Below are positions 48,217 to 61,739 of a DNA stretch of 64,000 nucleotides, one piece after another. Where the stretch lies: positions 471,203-535,202 of the forward strand of contig NMRA01000206.1 of the NCBI GenBank assembly GCA_002633005.1. The letters run 5' to 3'. The first letter of the stretch is position 1. Every line of letters starts with the position of its first letter. This stretch comes from Phoronis australis. Its lineage: Eukaryota > Animalia > Phoronida. The notes under the pieces were generated by a model. It made no database searches. It saw nothing but the letters and a program-made list of their open reading frames with translations, and was not told where the DNA came from. The position numbers and the translations under genes are program-made.

Positions 48217-49476
48217 ATGAGACGGATTTCAGAAAGCAAGATTCTATACGCAATAATTGTGTATTGTCTTATCTTTTACATTGTAATATGGACGTCTGTT
48301 TACGGTAGGCACCGAGCCAGCAGTAAGGATGGAGGGGCCTTGCGCTATGAAACACTACCGAGTTCAAGAGAAGGGGTTTGGAAACACCGTTTGGTTAAAG
48401 AATATGGATTTCAAAGGACGCTCGGTGCGAAACAAAGATCTTTGAACGTTGTGGCGCAATCTGCCCCGCCGCCTACTGCAACAAACATTTGGGCAACAGC
48501 AACGTCTGCCGGACTTGTCTTAGACGAGGTGAAAACACCGTCTGCTTTTACAAATCACTTGGTCTCTACGCTAAGGGTTAAACCGTTAAAAGTAGTTAAT
48601 CCGCATGACTTTCGTTACATTCTTAATAATCCAACAGTATGTGAAAACAAAACGGTGTCGTTTGCTGTGTATATCCACACAGCGCCATCTAATGTCCATC
48701 GCCGAAATGCGATAAGAAAAACGTGGGGAAACAAATTAGTGCTGGAAAAGTTGAAAGGGATAATTGTATTTCTGATGGGATACATCGATGACGCAGAGAT
48801 GCAGAAAAAAGTTGCAAAGGAAAATGAATTGTATGGCGACATAATACAGGAAGATTTCTTAGACAGTTATCGCAATTTAACCTACAAGGGGCTTATGGGA
48901 TTAAAGTGGGTGACGAAATTCTGCAAAAAGGTAAAATATATTGTCAAAGCAGACGATGACGCTTTCGTCAACATTTATTCATGGATACGACTGACGGTTA
49001 AAATTAGTCGGTCACACAAACGTTGGATAGCGGGCGACGTATTGCAGGGCATGCCGGTGCTAAGGGATCGTTCTACGTGTTCTAAGTGGTGTGTGAGTAA
49101 AAAGGAGTATCGCGAAGACACTTACCCCACCTATTGTTCCGGACTAAGTTTCACAATGTCAGCAGATCTTTTGCAGGAAATGCTCGAGATCTCGCGACAC
49201 GTACGCTTCTTTTGGGTTGATGACGTATACATTTCCGGTCTTTTGCCGAAGAATGTTGGCAACGTCACATTTATTAACATGAGCAATAGGTACGCAGGAT
49301 ATAATTTTACCCAGATCATGAACGACCATATGAAACTGAAGTCCACGGTGCCAAAAAGTTTGATAGCCCACGCTTATCCAGAAGATATTATGAAACTGTG
49401 GAAATCGCCATATGTAAAATATTTGCAGGACTTTTGGCAAAAAATCAATTTCACAACAACTCGCAAAAGGTTTTAG
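48217..49476 (+). CDS. Beta-1,3-galactosyltransferase (GT31 / Galactosyl_T family), single coding exon, type II membrane protein
   Basis: 419-aa ORF with an N-terminal TM segment (ILYAIIVYCLIFYIVIW) and motifs RRNAIRKTWG, ENELYGDIIQEDFLDSYRNLTYK, KADDDAFVN, YPTYCSG, DDVYISG. B3GALT1/2/5-like; exact orthology cannot be assigned. Confidence 0.93.
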   Translation: MRRISESKILYAIIVYCLIFYIVIWTSVYGRHRASSKDGGALRYETLPSSREGVWKHRLVKEYGFQRTLGAKQRSLNVVAQSAPPPTATNIWATATSAGLVLDEVKTPSAFTNHLVSTLRVKPLKVVNPHDFRYILNNPTVCENKTVSFAVYIHTAPSNVHRRNAIRKTWGNKLVLEKLKGIIVFLMGYIDDAEMQKKVAKENELYGDIIQEDFLDSYRNLTYKGLMGLKWVTKFCKKVKYIVKADDDAFVNIYSWIRLTVKISRSHKRWIAGDVLQGMPVLRDRSTCSKWCVSKKEYREDTYPTYCSGLSFTMSADLLQEMLEISRHVRFFWVDDVYISGLLPKNVGNVTFINMSNRYAGYNFTQIMNDHMKLKSTVPKSLIAHAYPEDIMKLWKSPYVKYLQDFWQKINFTTTRKRF

Positions 49477-52400
49477 AGTGGATGTGAAGGAACGCTCGAC
49501 GATAACCCAGATATATTGCTTGTTAACACTTTCTGAGCTTAACTCTAGGTATTGCACATGTACATTTCGTAAAAAGTCTTTTTTAAAATGTTATCCACAA
49601 CCAATCTCGAATGAAAACACGAACAAGACAAAAATGAGGCCGGGTTATGGTTTCGTTGCTGATCGCAAAATGCAAGTTAAAACCGGCTTTATAATCATGG
49701 TTAGTGTCGAATGGGGGTAACTAGCGTGGTTATGTACAGCGCACGTGTCTAATTTGGTTATGTACAGCGCACGTGTCTAGTGTTATTTTGCTGGGTCCAT
49801 GAACACAACAGTTAATCAAATTAAAAAAAGTATTTAGTAAGTTACACAAGTACTTTAAAAACCGTACCGTTGTTAAATGACAAACTGAAATGAGTGCACT
49901 TTCTACAAGTTATGCATTTTGTCTGGTGTCTTGAAACAAAGTGGTACCAGTTCGTGATTTCGACGAGATAAGTCAGTGGACCTGTTTCCTTAGCTCCGGA
50001 CTTGTTTCTCGAAGAGACTATTGGCTTTTGTCTATTGATTTTAGCCATAATCTGATTTTTTGTCGTTTGCGTTTCATGAAAGTTTTTTCTTCTGCCAAGT
50101 GGACCACACGACGGATATCCGTCTTTGACTACGAGTTGTAGGCAGATTTTCCGACTTTTAGCCTTAGACAGATTTCATGAAGCGGGCTAAGTAAGTCGTA
50201 GACAGATTTTTACCCGGAAATAAAAACACGAAAGTCAGCGGACTCTTCGATAAACAGGCTCCTGATGTCCCCGGATGTTAATGAGGCGACAAACACCCCA
50301 CAATGCGCTTGAAAAGCTACAGTAGCGCCACCCTAGCGCCGCGAATGAAATCCACCGAATTTTGGTATCATTTTAATGTCTTAATGTAGTTAAAACTCTG
50401 ATGTTTTGAACAAAAACGAGCTGTGTCTTCGTGGAAAAGACAGGTCGCCAAATACATGAGTATGATTCAAAATATCTTATTTGTTATCTGGAAGTTGTAA
50501 ATGTGGTATACTTGCAAAATCATAAGCGCCTCGACAATAAAAATTGGAAAATTTCCGATTTACCCCTCTCAAAAGTGCGAGAGAAAACGCTAATCGGTTT
50601 TAGGTAAAAAATCACATTTTAAGGATTATTGTTGTCTTTTTACTGCCATTCGCTTTGTCCGCATCCATAAAATAACAACATCCGTTGTGGTTTTGCGATT
50701 TCAAGTCCACCTTAGTCTGCCTGACATTCGCTGGCCGTTGGTTATGTACCTATCGAATACTCGTTGTCATTTATCAGGTGAGGTTGAGCTCCGCCAAGAG
50801 AGGGTTAGGCTGCAACTGCGGAAGTTGCAGGTTCGACTCCGCGCTGAGGCTCATCTCAGAAAATTTTTCTCGCCGATGATGTCCCTTTAAGGGGCACTAC
50901 TTTTGATTTATTTTGGTTTTGCGTTCGTCACAAGAAACTTTGAGTTCCGAAATAAGTTTTATACTGCACGAAAATGTATGGGACTGAAGCCCGTAGGAAG
51001 ACTACTTTAGGAATAAGGCATCCTCGCGCTTGCGTTATCTAAGTTCGATATTTCAGATTTTTGTCCGTCCCAAAGCACACGGACTCTTGCTTTCAGTAGT
51101 TCAGAAATTCCGTCAATTTTCCTGTTTAAGCCAATTGTCTGACTCGCCTTTTGAAGCAGAAAACTTAAAATAGTAAAAACGGAAACGGACATTCAAACCC
51201 GTTCATCCACGCACTCGGAATCGAGTTTCAGTCGATAAACGTTGCACGATTGTAGAATGAGATGGTGTTACAAATACTTCGTTATCACACCGCACGGCTG
51301 AACAAATGCTCATTTTACGCAGGCGACATTATTGATTCTGATATTGCTCGAGAGTACATCGACGGTATTTTAGTGTTTCTGTCTTCAAGTCAGCAAAACT
51401 CACCAATAAGAAGTCAATTGCTGGAAGATTCACTTGACTTTTGAAAAAAATTCAAAATATAGGTTGACATTTCTAGTGTGTATCAGTGAGTACAAGGAAA
51501 AAATGTCTTTTGCGACCGTAGTAAAATTAATGTTCAGAAAACTTCATTCTATCATGCATGAAAATTTTAACTTTCTTAAATATATTGCGCTTATATTTTC
51601 TCCACGGAAGACCACCTCGTCTTGCACGACCAATGGGTGTGTCTCCACTCAAGAGCTAGTTTCTGCGTCCATGAAACGGATTTTAGTTCATGTAACAATT
51701 TCTATAATGTCTGGATTTTGTCTCGTATCACGAAGAAACCCCAGAGAGCAGAAGACACCATATTACTCTGCAATGAAAGAAAATGGCTATGCTCTCGTCC
51801 GCATCCTCAGAAAGTTGTTTATAATTGACTCACCAGTGAATATAAAGATAGCATTTACGTCCTGAATAGAAATCATAAAAAACGTGAACACCACAAAAAC
51901 AAACACTTCGGTGTAACATCACCAAACCCTCTCTCAAACGTTATCTGCATGAGCTCTTACCCTCTAGAACTGTTGGTGATGACGTCAGCGCCTTATCAAA
52001 CGAACTGACACTTCGGGTATCTAAACCTGCGATGTCTTCGATCGGGACCAGGTTTCAACGCCAATATCACATCAAGATCCCAGATAACAGGAAACAGCTC
52101 AGTATTTTTGCAACCAGTGGCATTTATAATCATCAGTACGACGGGCATTTGGTTACTAACGATAAATAACCTTACGCGAGATCAGAGGTCGTCGTTCCTC
52201 AAAGCACTACAATGTATTGGGAAAAAACTATATTGGATCCACAAAGCGTTTAATCATTGATTTTTATGCAAGGTTTAACTGGAAATAAAAGGCTTTTATT
52301 GAAAGTAAATAACAAGTGTCGTAAATGACATTTAAAGATTTGTGCATTAAACACAGGACGGCTTAGAAATAGTGGTATTTTTGTGCGTAATCTGTGCCTC

Positions 52401-53111
52401 CTTCACGAAATGCGTGTAAAGGTTCTCTTTCTTTATATCGCATTTACCATGCTAAACTGTGGATTATGCTTCGAAATGAATGGGCGTTATTGTACTCAAC
52501 AAGTTCTTTAATGCATACAAGCTGCCATTACATGGTGCTGGTCATAACCTGGTGCTGCCATTTTGTGACGTAATGCCGGTTAACGTGCGAAAGCAACGTT
52601 TTAAACAGCAAACAAGCGTAGACCAACCCTCCTTGTGCTTAGCGACACGAACACGAATTATGGCAGAAAAATTATAACACGACTACACGCTTTGAGCAAA
52701 TTGTCATTCTGTGGAGACGTCTTGCAATTGTATCGAAATGTTGTATTTATCTTAAAACAAATTATTTTCAACGGACACACTTCTGTGCGATGGAGGTATC
52801 GTAAGCTTATATTCACATGTGTCATCACCTGGCAGACGTCATTTTATCAGAAATTTTCTTATCAACCACTTGCATTCTTATACATTTATATTGTGTATTT
52901 AACGTCAATAGATCGTCAGTGTGTTCATCTTCTTTCTCAGGGATGGTTTATTGAGCTTATCTACAAGGATTTTCACATATCGCAGACGGGACACACAGCT
53001 TGACATAGCGCTCAAAAGTGCAACATTCGCCGCATGTTGTAAAATATGATGTGAAAAAATAATCCGCCATTATCTGTTTCAGTCAGACGTTTGCCATTAG
53101 GGCATGGAAGT

Positions 53112-53168
53112 GAGAGAGAGAGAGAGCGTGAGAGAGAGAGAGATTGAGTGAGATAGAGAGAGAGAGAC
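53112..53168 (+). repeat. (GA)n microsatellite
   Basis: Visible directly, with interruptions. Confidence 0.9.
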
Positions 53169-56100
53169 AAGGATTTCTCACTCAATCATATATACATGTA
53201 TGGTTATTAACATTCATTCGTGCTTTGCGGTTTGACGAAATGCGATCAGATAATTTAACGCGGTGTCAGCTGGAATGCAACTCCCGCACGTAAGCATTGT
53301 ATTCTATATATATTAGTAGAGCCTGCAACCCCGAGACTATCCGCAACAGTTTGCACAGTGAATTTCCAGCTGTCTGCTTGCTGAGTTTTGATCGAGTTTT
53401 GTGGTCATAGCTATCCAGGCCGGGCACGCGCCTCTCAGATACATGCAGCTCGCNAGAGAGAATACGTTTATTAACTTATATATCAATTAGTGCATTACGG
53501 TGAAAACATATTGAGAATCACCGTACATGAAAAAAGAATGCAACAACAGAGATCAACAACAGTGAGACAGTAATGACTATTTACTTTTCATACATTTGAT
53601 ATACGATTAGAAGACTAGCATAAGAAATCAATGGTATAAGTACTGCAATAAATAAGCAAATAAATAAATAAAGAAGTAATAAATAAACCCGACACCTCAG
53701 CAAAAATAAATAACGCGGTGCTGCACATCTACACAGAGTACAACACGACCAGCAAATTGATTGTGTGCAAGTGATAACTGCATTTGTATGTATGTGTGCG
53801 TGCGTCTATGAATGCAAAAATTAGTAGTTGCAATTTGTATATGGTTCTTCACACTGGGTATAGTGGCAAGAGAATCAGCTCGAGTCATTGCGTAGTGAAC
53901 AAGTATATAAAATTTTGTTCCTGTAATATCTTGAAAGTCCAGCAAGTGAGTGAGTGTTTATCTTATCGAGAACTGAAGAAGGTATTTTATTTTCATTGAC
54001 AATTATAGAAACATGAAAACGTAAACATCGAGCTGCCGTGATTGATTTGTAAAATCGTGTCTTGAGTATAGGACTGTAGTTACGATAAGTAACAATAAAT
54101 TTTTCTAAGAGATCTGACAAATGATAATATCTAATTGGTCTGTTGTTTCGGTTGTGATAGCAAATGAAATTGTTTTGAAAGTAATGTGGAAGTTACATAA
54201 TTATGTTATTTTTAAACGGGTGTGGAAATGTTTTTCAGTCACGTGATGTGGCCACAGGTGTCGTGCTGACCAGACTTAAACATATTTGCGGAAGTTGTTT
54301 GTGTAATAACTTGTAGTAATATATTTTCAACCTGTATAAGAGTCTCAAGATAAGTAGATTTGTGGCGGTTGTCAAACACCTCTTGGTGGCTATCCTCTCA
54401 AGTGATAGCCATCACGCAGTGTTGGACAACCGCCAAGTAAATGCAACCAGGCCTCCGATAGGTAGCATCATATTCCCTATACTAAGTAACAACGCCAGCC
54501 ATGAACATCATTTTGCGTTAGATATCGATTTCAGTTTGCTGGAACCAGTTTTGAAAAAAAACCACGCTAATCGAAGACTGGTGTTTTAAAAAGCAGTGGT
54601 TCACAGTTTCAGAATTAAAGATGGCTTTATTTTATATGCTAAAAGTGCATTTCAATCCCACGTACGATCTAAACAGGGAAAATCCCGAAATTAACCTTCA
54701 GAAACTTGCCACAACACCACTTGGTTTCCAACATTAAAAGAAATTGAGGGGTCACGTGACTTGTGGCGGCCATATTTGGACAGGTTGACCAACCCCGTCA
54801 AAGATGATTGACATACATTACAAGATTACGCCCTGAACCTCATTTTTAAGATGGTGTGGAACACAAACACGAACCAAAACAATGGGATTCAATGGCAACG
54901 CTGCACAAGGCTTTAAATCTATGAACATAAAAATCGAAGTTTTCTACAGTTACCTGCGATACATTTTATTCTGTTACCATGGACACAAAGAAGAGACATC
55001 TGCCAGAATGATAAGTCTCCTACATCTTAGTTGTCTGTATGTACCNNNNNNNNNNNNNNNNNNNNNNNNNNNNNNNNNNNNNNNNNNNNNNNNNNNNNNN
55101 NNNNNNNNNNNNNNNNNNNNNNNNNNNNNNNNNNNNNNNNNNNNNNNNNNNNNNNNNNNNNAATTCTAAGTTAAGGGCTAAAATGAGCCGTCAGTGGAAT
55201 AAAGTTACAAATAATCATTAAAATACTAACTTTAACATTCTCAATTAGTTGAGTTTTGGATTAGAATTATTGAATTTAAATATAGGTTGCTTGCTCAAAC
55301 TCGAAGTTTCACCTACGACAGGCGTACAAGTTGAAGCACAACTGAAATCCGCCATGTTTACTATTTCATGTCCTTGAATTCAGAGTTTTGAGATTGTTTT
55401 GGAAATTCCATCGCCAATTCACCACTCACGAAGACACTGAGTTAATGGGATCTGGGAAAGAAAGATAAGGCTTCGAAGGTTTATGCAACATCAGACTGAG
55501 GGAGGTGCACGCAGCTTTTATTTGGATTTTGGACGGTTGAAGTTGGGAGCCTCGGCTTGGCAAAGTTTAAGTGTCCAACCTTTATGTTTTCTCATGTATA
55601 TTATTGAGTGACGTCATTTGCGATAAACCCAAGCGCCTGTGGTTGCAGTACAGTATTCACCTTGCTTCAGGCTCTACATCCGTACAAAGCCGTGTGAACA
55701 CAATGAGGATGTGCACTGACAACGCGTATAAATATCATGGTCACACAAGAGCGTTTTAAAACACGTTTACTAATATATAGGCCAATACGTAGTCAAAACA
55801 TTGCAGCGTAACTACAAAGCCATAGTAGAAATTAAAAGTTGTTACAACATAGTGGCAGCGGAAGTGAATCTTCATAATGTGATTATTACGACCGGACACA
55901 TGTTGCTAAAAGAGCCTCACGTACTTGAAAATAGCCTACTAATTGTGTATGAAACTGGCTTGGCTTACACACGTCTTTCAGCGCAAGTAAACCTAAACAT
56001 TGCACATGATTCTCTCCTATACATCTCATGACATCAACAAAACCGGAACCATTCATGTCACAAGTCCCGTTCACATGGACATCATTTGCATATTATTTGC

Positions 56101-59100
56101 AAATTAGTGTAAAAATATATGTACTACGCGTTCACAAGACTTTATAAAAACCAATACCTGTGCGCTGTACCCCCAAATGGGCTGCCATCATAAGTAAAAC
56201 GCTTTTCGCGAGGAAGAGGAGATTTCCATACTATTATCAATTGGGTTAATGTTTGTGGCGCCATCGAAGAGAAGTTAATGCAACAGGGAACGATCACAAG
56301 ACTGGTGAGACTGCATATTGTAAAATAATATTTGAAAATGACAATGGGTTTACAAAAAAATTGAGGATGATGAACTTGTCCAGTTCGCAATAAAGGGAAG
56401 AGGTGTTTTTCTTTGGGTCTTCTAAAAGTTCTTAAACATTATTTCCTTCCAAAGTGAAAGCAAGCAGTTTGTCTCAACATCACTCCACCACTGACCTCGT
56501 GTGGCAGGCATTTTGAAGTGTGACGGTTACCTTGTGCCTTGAAACATACTCGATTGCCCAGTGTCAAATATTTTTATTTGATAGCGAACTTGCAAATTTT
56601 TTTTTAAGTCTGGTCAACATGCCACCTACGGTCATATCACGAGACCACAGGTGGCGCGCTGACCAGGCCTAAAAATGTTTGCGATACACATTTTCACGTC
56701 GTTTTAAGAATTACATATTTATATGAAATCGAATTGAAAATTACCTTTTCTATTCTACGTTTGTGTGAACTCACGATATTCGTCTATTATTCTGTGTTAT
56801 AGTATGGCTTACGAGTGTAACTGTTGCAATTGATGACTACGAGTCTGAACTCCAAATTTGGGGTTTTTACTCAAGTTAGTAGCTCAAATCTAAACATTAT
56901 TAATTGGGAACAGGGTCTAGAAACTCATGTAAATAAACCATCATGATGTACTCAAGGACGCACTTATCTCAAGTTTGCACAAAAGTAGAACGGAGAATAA
57001 TTTCAAGTTCGAATTTGAGAACAAAGATTAGACCCCGGCACCATTGATTAGTGATCTAACTGTCGTCCAACAATACACAACTTATTTGACAGAGCTTTGG
57101 TGTTGAATTTTGCGTAACTTTAAGCCCATCTGTGCGATCGATGTTGAAAACTATTGTCATTTGCATACCTTAGTAAATTATCTTGCCATCACACGTTCAG
57201 TGTTGACTTATACTCACGTGCAACTTTATTTTGGCAGTACCTCCGTCGGCAGTGCAATTTCCTCATGATATAAATTTTTACACGTGTGTATTTGCGTTCA
57301 CAATACAAATAAAATGCCCACCGTAAGTAAAAGTAGTCCTTGTTAGCGGGCCTTATGCCGTTATGTGCGATCACGATAATCAGCGAAATCCTTCACAGAA
57401 TTACTTTTGCAATCACGTTCAACCACGTGTTGTCCAATCACATTCTTCAGCAAGTAGATAAAGACGAATACTCACGGACATTGGCGAATACTCACGGTCT
57501 TTGGGGCATAAGTATGGGAGTGGACAACGTTTTCTCTACTCAAAGACATTGCCTTAAAATGCAGTCACGACGAGTATTAACTAAACAAGTTTTGTATGCT
57601 AGAAAATGTGTGTAGACATCTCATAATGCAACACAATTTCTTATTTAATGACAGAAATAAGCGTAATTAGATACCACCGGTAGACATAGCAACAATAACG
57701 ATTCCCATAGCTACACGAGATTTTTTCTGATAATAAGACAACATGGTCACGACATCTAATTAGTTACAGGTAATTAACACTCGTCCCTTGTTATTTCATT
57801 TAGCAAAGTTTCGGGTTACTATGGTAACATGTTCACAGGAAATATTTCCCAGCGGAAATCCATCAGTATATGCTGTCAAACACGTTCGTCACTTAGAAAT
57901 CATTACTTGACTTCACTATTGGGATGCGATAAAACACCAGTAATGACTGACACGGATGCTAAAGACCGGAGGCGTGTTCCGCAACGCTAGACCCTCATGA
58001 TGCTTGCCGTCAGAAATCCTGGCTAATGGAACGGAAAGCTTCAATTTTCTTTCGTTTTCCAACACTCCAACTTCGTCGGTTAACCATTGGCAGACATTCT
58101 GATACAGTACGCGACCTTACTCGCGAAACATTAGCTTTTAACTCACGTAGTACTGAGGGTTCTAACGCAGCTCTCAAGAAACTCGTCAGTCGGAACGCGT
58201 TCCTGGCTCACGCGAAATTTTGACACGCTTTTGTTTCATTCCCCACCGCAACAGTAGGGACTAAAGGGCAAGGCTCACACTGAAATGTTCCTAACCGAGT
58301 GCTCGAAACTGAAACCTAAACAGTCAAAATGCGAGTGGTCAAGATTTTTCCTATGAAATACAGAAAGTTTATTTGTACTAATGAGTCGCAGCGACTTCGA
58401 ATTTCCTGAGGTCACGCGCTTCGCTGGAAATGCACGTCGATATCTCGTGACCTTCCTATTTAGCGAGGTTCTCGCATCTGCAGATCGTTGGCCTGATTGG
58501 TACCGTAAAAACACCCCGTTTTCACTGCTCAGCTGTAACTGTAACAGTCGTAATTACGTGATCTTCGTAAAAATCAGTCGAAAATTTTTGCACTGATTTG
58601 GTCCTCTAGTTAAAAAGCGTGCTTGTTCAATGACACAGGCTTAACCTATGTAGTGTAAAATAACAAACTGTTATTTTGAATGTAAATTTTGCACTGGATG
58701 GTCCAGGAAATCAAGGAGAAGGATCCCAAGGAAAAGACTGATTTTTTTTCTTATTTTTACGTGTACTTGTGAAATGGAACGGGAAAAGGGCCAACTGGTG
58801 TGAAAAAGCAAAAACTTGAGAAAGTATCTTGATTTCGTAGCGTTTGTTTAAAAAAATTCAATAAGCGTGACGGTTCCGCCAACAGATAGCACGTGCAGTG
58901 TATATGTAAAGGAAGGAAGTGGATCATCTCTGTCGAAGAATTCTTTAATACTTGTGAATAGCCTCTGTTAGCGCCAACATGGATGAAATTGGAACACGGG
59001 TAAGATTGCTGTCGGATTAAGGTAGTTTTCCATGAAGTCTCAAGTGTTCAAGTCCTAAAATACAAAACGGGTACACAGTATTTTGCAATAATGTTGATTG

Positions 59101-59677
59101 GCTGAAACCCTTTCACGAAAACATTGAATGACTAAATGAATACACAAAACGTGCCGAGAGTGGCGTAGGCCTACATGAAATAGTGTCCCACGAGACATCA
59201 TTCCGCGTATCGACCTCGACCTTCGGTCTCAGTCGATACGCGGAATAATGTCGAGTGCGATATCATTTCATGTACACCACTCGAGGTACGTTTTGTATTT
59301 ATCCCATACGCATCGAATTCGTGAGTTTCTTTTGTTTTCTTTCGGCATTTTATAAATACTTCCCCCTGACTGTTTACGTGGCTAATCACAATCTGTTGTA
59401 TATGTACGTGCGCGTTATGTTGCTAACTTACTATAGTAAAAGAAAACAGTTTTAAATGTAACGGTTTATTACTTGAAACTGATAAAAAGTGTGAAAACGA
59501 CAGTTATCGTGCATTGAACTTTTATCATATTTCGAAAATAAATAAATAACAAGAATATTTATAACATTGTAAATCCTCATTGGGTAGCTGTACTCATTCA
59601 TGAAACTAGGTCATTGACGGAGCGTATAGCCTACACGTCGTCTGTTTTCACGAAGATGTTAAAAATGCCACCGTTTA

Positions 59678-60627
59678 CATAGACAGATTTAGGGGAAGGG
59701 CCCAGGGGGCCCGCCCCCCCCCCTTGGCTGCCGCAAAAAATAAAACAGTAAGAGCGCAGGGAAATGTTGAGTTTATTAATTGAACCCCGGTAATTAAAAT
59801 TATACGGATGAAAAAAGATTTAAATGTGTGCAGTTTTAGTGTTGGGGGGGGGGGGCTCAAATCCAATTTCAAGTGTCAAATTCGGAACACGGCGCATTCG
59901 TAACGGAACTATGGCTAAGTGTAGGCTCTCCCGCGATATCCCAGGCGACCGGCAGTGGCGCTGCGCACTACGACTCCGTTTCCGTCGTCTGCTCCACTGT
60001 GCAATGAAGAAAATTTACTTCATTTTTTAAAGAGAATGGAACCTGAGTGACGATGAAAAAACAGAAGCTGCTGGTAAGATGTGAATTTTAATCGAAGCCT
60101 TAGTGAATCACTCAGAAACTCGCAATACTCTCTTTGCCAAACCTTATCTTAAGACGATTTCCAAAGCAATCCCGTCCCGGATTTGCCCTTTTTGGCATTT
60201 GAAGACTATTTTAAATACGACAAATTTGTTAAAAATCGATGGCACAAAATATAAAACATGTAATAACCATTACAAAAAGGAGAAGGTTTCGCGCGCAAAC
60301 GCTGTCGACCATAAACAAGTAGGTCTCTTACTATTCGCAAAGAAGTAAAATCGTTGTGGTGTAGTGGTAACGCACGCGCCCACTAATCGGCAGGTCGTGA
60401 GTTCAATTCTTTGATACTTTATTTTTTCCTGTTTGACACGTTCTCCGTTTTTTTTTTGGCCTTTTTTTCTTGAATAATACTTCAGGAATCAAGGAAAATG
60501 CTTGATTTTTAGAGGTAAGAACAGAAAAATTTCCTGGGCGGGAGNACAATCGTGGTTCAGTTTTCGCAAATTCTTACTGCCGGAAAAAAATTTGGCCCCC
60601 CCTTGTGATATCCTAGATCCGCCACTG
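59678..60627. mobile_element. Non-autonomous hAT-like element with 5-bp TSD
   Basis: Left end CATAGACAGATTTAGG, right end CCTAGATCCGCCACTG (imperfect TIR), GGGGCCCGCCCCCCC subterminals, TSD GTTTA (59673-59677 / 60628-60632). Confidence 0.75.
60351..60412 (+). other. tRNA-derived fragment (Pol III A/B boxes) inside the element; not a functional tRNA
   Basis: TGTGGTGTAGTGGTAA (A box) ... GGTCGTGAGTTCAATTC (B box); no proper acceptor stem. Confidence 0.5.
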
Positions 60628-61739
60628 GTTTATGACAGCTCCGTCGAATGTAAATGTTGTAGCGATGTTGCAGGTACGTTCTCGCATTTCTACGGATTCT
60701 GTAGCATGGATAGGTTCACTTATTGCTGGCGCGGTCGTCGTTGCTGCTCGTGTAATATTGTCGCCGATAGTATCGGGTGCTGTCATGGCCAGTGACAACA
60801 ATGTTTGATATTGGCGAGGAATCGGTGCCTGACTTGCAGACGATATATAACATATAGAAATTGAAAACTGCGACAGAACTGTCGTATAATTAACAGCCTT
60901 GTCCCAGATGTTACGATTGAGACCTGGTTGCATGTTGAGTGGTATTTACACTGCTACAGTACAATTGTATTACTTTAAGCTATTTTCCGAAAGTTTGATG
61001 ATCTAACCAGCTAACGACGTCGAGTCGATATTGACCTACTTTTTGAACCTTCAATGTCAGAGGTCACTTTTGAAGTAGTGCGGGAGGTGAATACGGAAAA
61101 CATTATTACATGGCCGTATTTCCCTCGACAGATTCAACGCGTATGGGATAATAGAAAAAAACACTACAACACGTGTTGTGAATTCTATATTCGAATTAAA
61201 GCTTTAGTGTCCACGACTACATAATGAAAACGATCCCAAATTTGAGTCCATGAACTTTTATTCCACAAAAAGCTCATACTTAAATACAAGTCCATGGCTT
61301 TATATAACAGGTTTTGCGCTGCTATATGGTATTTTTATTCAATCATGAACCATTTTTTTAAAATTTTGCAGCTTCGATAAATCTCGCGTAGTCACGTTTG
61401 CCGGAACTTTGTCCTTCCGGTTAGCGCCTCATCTATACGTCATCAATGACCAATCATATTTAGCAAAATGCCGAAATTTGCTATGTCGAGATCTAGCATG
61501 AAGATACGGAACTTTCATATGAGATGTGATGTAGCTCAGAATAAGCAACCCCTATCTGTCAGAATTTCATTGAATATAGTGAATGTTCTACGAATACCCA
61601 AAACCCAACTTAGAATGCTAACAATATACTTACATATTTTGCACCTAGACTTGTTACATTGTGTGTTGCCAATATGTTTGTCAGTTTGGTTTTTATTGTT
61701 CGTATTTTGCTTTACCTAAATAATTTTCAGGCTTTACAT

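Noticed and set aside
50781-50850. tRNA gene (GGTTCGACTCC B box)
   Set aside because: No cloverleaf or clear A box; at most a tRNA-derived repeat fragment.
51262-51865. Overlapping 60-143-aa ORFs
   Set aside because: No recognisable domain or consistent splice structure; possibly a decayed repeat.
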